DNA of 64,000 nucleotides, taken from contig CAWGOH010000008.1 of the NCBI GenBank assembly GCA_963824135.1, forward strand, positions 22-64,021, given 5' to 3'. The position numbers were made by a program, and so were the translations under genes. Below the pieces are notes generated by a model that made no database searches, was not told the DNA's origin, and saw only the letters and a list, made by a program, of their open reading frames with translations. Of the stretch, positions 50,833-64,000 are shown in pieces (position 1 is the first letter of the stretch; each line of letters begins with the position of its first letter). This stretch comes from an uncultured beta proteobacterium. Lineage in GTDB: Bacteria; Pseudomonadota; Gammaproteobacteria; Burkholderiales; Usitatibacteraceae.

Positions 50833-51837
50833 TCAGCGGTGCGCCGCCTCGAGGCGGTAGCCGAGCTGGTAGATGGACGAAAGCTTCCAGCCGTGGCTTC
50901 CGTCGAGCTCCAGGGCGCGGCGCACCCGGCTCACGTGCGTGTCCACCGTCCGGGTGCCTCCTTCCATCGTGCGGCCCCAGGCCTGCTCGTAGAGGTGGCC
51001 GCGCGAGACGAGCGACTCGCGCTTCTCGAAAAGGACGCGCGCGATCTCGTACATGCGCGGCGTCAGGTCGACCGGCCGGCCTTTCAGCGTTGCCGTGCGC
51101 GTGCTGGAGTCGAAGCCGTAGACCCCCACCTTCAGCTTTCGCGATTCGGCCGCCGCGGCGAAGCGGCGGCCGAGAGCCTCGACGCGGGCCACGAATTCCG
51201 CGTGCCTGAGGGGCTTCACGAGGTAGTCGTCGGCGCCCAGTCCCAGCACTTCGACGATCTCCGATTCCTCGTCGCGGGCCGTGGCGAACATCACCGGAAC
51301 GCGGTCCGGCAGCGTTTGCCGGATCCACTGCAGGACCGCCTCGCCGGAAATGTCCGGGACCATCCAGTCGAGCACGAACACGTCGAAGGACTCCCGCCCC
51401 GCCGCCTTCAGGAGGTCCGCGGAGCGCAGGTAGCCGTGGCACGCGTGGCCCGCCGCCTCGAGCCAGCGCCGTTCGAGGGCGAGCTGGTCCGGGTCGTCCT
51501 CCAGGATCGCCACGCGCAGGCGGCGGTGTCCTGCGCGGGCGGGGGCCTGGCCGACCAGCATGACCTCGAGGCGATCGATGTCCTTCTCGACGGACCGGGC
51601 ATCGTGGCGCAGGGCGGCCGACTCCATGTCGCGGCCCAGCTCGCCCATCTCCGGGAAGCCATACCCCGACGCCGAGCCGGCGAGTCGATGCCCGATGAGC
51701 CGCGCCGGTTCGAGATCCCCGGAGGAGACCGCCGCGCGAAGGGTGGTCACGTCTTCCCGGCGGCGGGCGAGAAACGCGGGCACGAGATCCGTGACGAGAG
51801 GGTTGGCCCGGCTCGACTTCTTCGGCTTGGTGGGCAT
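50833..51837 (-). CDS. Hpt-REC-winged-helix fusion: OmpR-family response regulator with an N-terminal histidine phosphotransfer domain
   Basis: Intact. Hpt signature ARLIGHRLAGSASGYGF; receiver RVAILEDDPDQ..FDVFVLDWMVPDISG..DDYLVKP; wHTH LTPRMYEIARVLF..RTVDTHVSRVRRAL..IYQLGYRL. Confidence 0.8.
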   Translation of the reverse strand: MPTKPKKSSRANPLVTDLVPAFLARRREDVTTLRAAVSSGDLEPARLIGHRLAGSASGYGFPEMGELGRDMESAALRHDARSVEKDIDRLEVMLVGQAPARAGHRRLRVAILEDDPDQLALERRWLEAAGHACHGYLRSADLLKAAGRESFDVFVLDWMVPDISGEAVLQWIRQTLPDRVPVMFATARDEESEIVEVLGLGADDYLVKPLRHAEFVARVEALGRRFAAAAESRKLKVGVYGFDSSTRTATLKGRPVDLTPRMYEIARVLFEKRESLVSRGHLYEQAWGRTMEGGTRTVDTHVSRVRRALELDGSHGWKLSSIYQLGYRLEAAHR

Positions 51838-51883
51838 GGCAGGCACTCGTCCGCGCGGGCCTCGCGCCGCGGGAGACGGCCGA

Positions 51884-51901
51884 GACACAAATCTTAACAG
51901 T
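51884..51901 (+). promoter_or_regulatory. Recurring motif copy 3: GACACAAATCTTAACAGT (plus strand)
   Basis: Centred in the 110-nt divergent gap, 46 nt from the regulator start (51837) and 46 nt from the CheY start (51948). Confidence 0.4.
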
Positions 51902-51947
51902 GGCATCCGGCGCCCGGGTGGACTATGGTTTCCAAGGGAGATTCGCC

Positions 51948-52367
51948 ATGTTCCATCGCGAGAGCCGAACCGAAGTCCGCAGCCGGTCGCAGCGCCGCGT
52001 GCTCGTCGTCGACGACGATCCGGATTCGCGCCTGCTCATCGGCGCGATGATCGAGGCCTACCTCGACGCGGTGGTGACGCTGGTCCCGACGGTGGAGGAG
52101 GCGATCGCCTCGGCGAGCCGGGTGCTCCCCGACCTGGTGGTGACCGACGCGCTCATGCCGGAGCAGGACGGTTTCGATCTCCTGCGGCGCCTGCGCGGCA
52201 TCGCGCGCGCGGCGCGCGTCCCCGTGATCGTGGCCACGGCCACGACCGAACCCGCCCTGCATGCCCGCCTGCTCGCCGCGGGCGCCACCGCGATCCTCGC
52301 CAAGCCCCCGACGCCCCAGCAGCTCACGAGGGCGGTCGGCGCGGCACTGGCCTCCGGCGATGACTGA
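51948..52367 (+). CDS. Single-domain (CheY-like) response regulator
   Basis: RVLVVDDDPDSR..PDLVVTDALMPEQDGFDLL..PVIVATA..AILAKP; receiver motifs are intact. Confidence 0.8.
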   Translation: MFHRESRTEVRSRSQRRVLVVDDDPDSRLLIGAMIEAYLDAVVTLVPTVEEAIASASRVLPDLVVTDALMPEQDGFDLLRRLRGIARAARVPVIVATATTEPALHARLLAAGATAILAKPPTPQQLTRAVGAALASGDD

Positions 52368-53073
52368 GCGAACGGTCCCGGAGCAGACGGGTTCGCTGCC
52401 GACGCTGGCCGAGATCGCCGTCCTCGAGGCGCTGGCCGACCAGGGCGAAGTCCTCTCGGCAGGCGGTGGCGGCGCGGTGGCGGGCTTTCGCGGCGCCCTG
52501 CGCTTCGTCGATCCGCAGAGGCGATACCTCGTGGTTGCGCGAAGCGGCGACCGCGGCGCGGACGAAGCCCTTCTCGCGCAGGCGGGTGTCGAGTTCTTCG
52601 TGGAGTGGGGCGAATGGCGGATCGTCTTCGCCGCGCACTCGCCCGAAGCGGTGACGCACGAGGGCGCGGAGGCGATCCGGCTGCGCTTTCCGCACTCGGT
52701 GTCGATCGGCCGGCGGCGGATGTTCGAGCGCGCCCCGGTGGCCGGATCGGCGCTGCGCTGCGTGGCCTATTCCGGCGCCGTTCCCGTCTTCGAGGCGAGC
52801 GTCACGGACATCAGCCAGGGCGGGGTCGGACTCTCGATCGACGCGGCCGGAGACGCCCTCGAGCCCGGCATGGTGCTTCCGGGATGCCGGCTCGAGGGAG
52901 AGCATGGCGACCCGGCGACGGTGGACCTGGAGGTGCGCCATACGGCGGTGACGTGGCTCGCCGATGGCCGGCGCACCGTGCGGGCCGGCTGCCGGTTCGT
53001 CAACCTCTCGCCATCGGCGATGGCGCTGGTCTCCCGGTACGCCGTCGCGAAGCCGCCCGGCAAGGGCGCCTGA
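52360..53073 (+). CDS. YcgR-like PilZ-domain c-di-GMP binding protein
   Basis: RRMFER (RxxxR), 25 aa, then DISQGGVGL (DxSxxG), with an N-terminal YcgR-N-like region. Overlaps the CheY gene by 8 nt. Confidence 0.75.
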   Translation: MTERTVPEQTGSLPTLAEIAVLEALADQGEVLSAGGGGAVAGFRGALRFVDPQRRYLVVARSGDRGADEALLAQAGVEFFVEWGEWRIVFAAHSPEAVTHEGAEAIRLRFPHSVSIGRRRMFERAPVAGSALRCVAYSGAVPVFEASVTDISQGGVGLSIDAAGDALEPGMVLPGCRLEGEHGDPATVDLEVRHTAVTWLADGRRTVRAGCRFVNLSPSAMALVSRYAVAKPPGKGA

Positions 53074-53081
53074 GGCCCTTC

Positions 53082-57204
<4,123 letters not shown>

Positions 57205-57208
<4 letters not shown>

Positions 57209-58844
57209 GGCCGCCCCGGCCCCTGCGTCTCGCCACCGGCGTCGAGGAAGGCGAGCGGGAAGGGCGGCTCGCGGCCCAGCTCCCGGGAGAGCGCGTTGAT
57301 GCGCTGCTTCAGTTCGATCGCGTCGAGCTCGCGGCCGACGGCGGCGCGGTTGAAGCGGTCGAGCTCGGCATTCTGCCGGCGGAGCATGTCTTCCGCTCCC
57401 TTGCGCGCGGTGATGTCGCGCACGAAGGCCTGGTAGTACGCGGCGCCGTCGATGACCACGGAAGTCGCGCTCACCTCGACCGGGAACGTCGAGCCGTCGT
57501 GGCGCTGGTGGACGGTCTCGAAGAGGCCGCCCTCCATCTTGCGCGCCTCGCTCCAGTCCTGGTCGTAGGAGGCGCGGGCTTCCGGCGGCCGGATCTCGAC
57601 GAGGGGCATCCCGCGCAGCTTCCCGGGTTCGAAGCCGTAGGCCTCGAGCGCCGCGTCGTTGAAGTCGGCGATCCTGCCGGAGGGATCGACGAGCAGGTAG
57701 ATGTCGCGCGTGGCCTTGAGGAGGCGCTCGTAGTGGGCCACGAGGGCGGCGCGCTCGCCGCGCTGCTGCTCGCGCTCGCCCGCGAGCCACGCGAGCTCGC
57801 CCGCGACCGTCTCCACCTCCACCGCGCCTTCGGCTGCCGCGGAAGGCAGGCCTTGCCCTCCGCGCAGGGCCTGGGCGGCGCGCGCCAGGTCGGCGATGGG
57901 CCCGGCGATGGCCGCCCCGATCGCGTACGACAGGGCGATCACCACGAGGATCGCCGCGAATCCGATGCCGGCGCTGCGAACGAGGCGCTCCCGGTGCGGC
58001 GCCAGGACCACGTCGATCGGCAGCGCGGCGAAGACATGCCAGCCGGCGCCCGGGACGACGGCCGTCGCGTACATCCTCGCCACGCCGTCCACGCCGGTGG
58101 CCTCGAAGCTCTCGCCGGCCGTACGCGAGGCGACGCGCGCGGCCTGCGCGTCCGGCAGGGGCTTGCCGATCCACCGGTCGGGGTCGATGGAGCGCATGAG
58201 GTAGACGCGGCGCCGGTCGAGGACCGCGACGAGGGTTCCCTCGGGGAGCGCTTCGAACAGGCGATCCTGCAGCGACTTCAGGTCCAGCGAGAGCGCCAGG
58301 AGGCCCGCGACCTCCCCGGCGTCGTCCGCCAGCGGCTGGGTGAGGACGGACACCCAGCGACCGGTCTTCGGATGCAGGAAAGCGTCTCCCACGAGCGGGT
58401 TCGTGGTGGCGATCCCCCGCCGGAACCACGGAAAGGTCGAGACGGCCTGCGCGCCGAGGGGGTCGGGGCGGGACGAGCAGAGCGCGTTCGCCTGGCGATC
58501 CCGAAGCCCGATCGTGGTGTAGTGGGGATTGAGGGCGACGAGGTTCTCGAGGAGGGGGTCGCAGCTCCGGGGGTCCAGCGCGCGCACGCGCGGCCGGCGC
58601 GCCATCTGGTCCAGGAGGGTCGCGTTGTCGCGGATCACGAAGTCCAGGCTGCTCGCGGCGGCGGCGGCGAGGTACTGGACCTGGGCGAAGGCCGCTTCCC
58701 GCGCCCCGTTCGCGGCCGCGACGAGGGCATAGGCGACGAGTCCGGCGGCGGGCACCATCACCGCCAGGACGAGGGCGACGAGCTGCGCGCGGATGGTCCA
58801 GCGCCTGCGCGCGAGGGCCGGGAACGGGCTCTTGCCGCCGTTGC

Positions 58845-58848
<4 letters not shown>
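57205..58848 (-). CDS. Membrane sensor without output domain: TM, periplasmic (Cache/CHASE-like by position) domain, TM, PAS, C-terminal coiled coil
   Basis: Intact 547 aa. TM1 [21 protein letters not shown], about 270-aa extracytoplasmic segment, TM2 [24 protein letters not shown] ([15 protein letters not shown]..), then [24 protein letters not shown]. Both gene junctions are ATGA overlaps. Confidence 0.7.
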
Positions 58849-63179
<4,331 letters not shown>

Positions 63180-63201
63180 GGGCGGGCGCTCGGGGGCCGC
63201 G

Positions 63202-64000
63202 TCAGGCCGGCTCGCGGTAGCGCTCGGCGATGGCGACGAAGTCCGCGAACGAGTCGAGGAAGGCGTCGCAGACGGCCGGGTCGAAATGCTGCGCGCGTCC
63301 CTCCGCGATGATGTCGCGGGCCTTCTCGTAGGAAAAGGCCGGCTTGTAGACCCGCGCGGAGATCAGGGCGTCGAAGACGTCGGCGAGCGCCATGAGGCGC
63401 GCGGAAACCGGGATCGCCTCGCCCGCCAGGCCGTCGGGATAGCCGCTGCCGTCCCACTTCTCGTGGTGCCAGTGGGCGATCTCCTTGGCGGCCGACAGGA
63501 AGTCGAGCGGCATCTCGCATGTCCTGCTCGGCGCGCTCGATCGCGTCGCTGCCGATCTTCGCGTGCGTCTTCATGACCTCCCACTCCTCGGGCGTGAGCT
63601 TGCCGGGCTTGAGGAGGATGTGGTCGGGGATGCCCACCTTGCCGATGTCGTGCAGGGGCGCCGAGCGGGTGAGCAGGTCGATGTACCGCTCGTCCAGGCG
63701 CGCCGAGAAGCGCGGGTGCGCGCGCAGCGCGAGCGCCAGCCGGTTCACGTAGGCCTGGGTGCGCAGGATGTGGTTGCCGGTCTCGGGGTCGCGCGTCTCC
63801 GCCAGGTGCGCGAGCGCGCGGATGCTCACGCGCTGCGTGAGGTCGTTCTCGGCCATGCGCCGCGCGATCTCCGCCTCGAGAATCGCGTTCTGGTCCTTGA
63901 GCCAGTCGCGCGCCCGCTTGAGCTCGAGCTGGGTCTGGACCCGCGCCAGGACCACGGCCGGCACGATGGGCTTGGTGATGTAGTCCACCGCGCCCAGCTC
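63202..64000 (-). CDS. RpfG-like response regulator with an HD-GYP c-di-GMP phosphodiesterase domain; 5' part outside the window; one frame break near 63515
   Basis: The end of a receiver (ELGAVDYITKP) is followed by ETGNHILRTQ..APLHDIGKVGIPD..K.H and, in ORF 63202-63513, HHEKWDGSGYPDGL (the HD and GYP signatures). Confidence 0.8.

Overview
Very GC-rich (by eye about 70%) proteobacterial chromosomal segment. It is most likely betaproteobacterial, judging from two Bug/TctC-type solute receptors, though I cannot verify that. I read about 55 protein genes and one tRNA. Order along the window: GroEL-like tail; S41 peptidase; Na+/H+ antiporter; SpeE-like methyltransferase-fold protein plus a large DUF349 protein; PadR translationally coupled to an octahaem cytochrome c, followed by a lipoprotein; CBS and HPP genes; BaiN-type flavoprotein. 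Next comes a minus-strand sugar-acid catabolic operon (AbrB-type membrane protein, IlvD/Edd dehydratase, aldehyde dehydrogenase, 2-hydroxyacid dehydrogenase, Bug receptor, HpcH aldolase). Then a complete, tightly overlapping nuoA-N operon with a short-form NuoG; a stand-alone LytTR protein; a decayed OmpR-type regulator plus an intact TonB-dependent receptor; and tRNA-Phe. Downstream of the tRNA the content becomes accessory-like. It starts with an orphan 460-aa protein, a Bug receptor and an FAH hydrolase. The best candidate for an undescribed system follows: a plus-strand sulfation operon at 41.4-48.1 kb. It encodes a PEP-CTERM-like sorted protein followed by a strong hairpin, a 985-aa alkaline-phosphatase-like/TPR/sulfotransferase fusion, a secreted 4xEF-hand protein, a minimised CysN remnant fused to APS kinase, and CysQ. 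After that lies a c-di-GMP/phosphorelay locus at 48.1-64 kb. It holds a PilZ-like 549-aa protein, two small paralogues, an Hpt-REC-wHTH regulator, CheY plus a YcgR-like PilZ protein, three ATGA-coupled sensor genes (including two hybrid kinases that share a nearly identical ~1.3 kb module) and an HD-GYP regulator. A recurring 18-nt motif precedes three transcription units in that locus. Caveat: I count about 40 reading-frame breaks in otherwise recognisable genes, unevenly distributed. Many gene coordinates therefore span frameshifts, which may be assembly indels or real decay.
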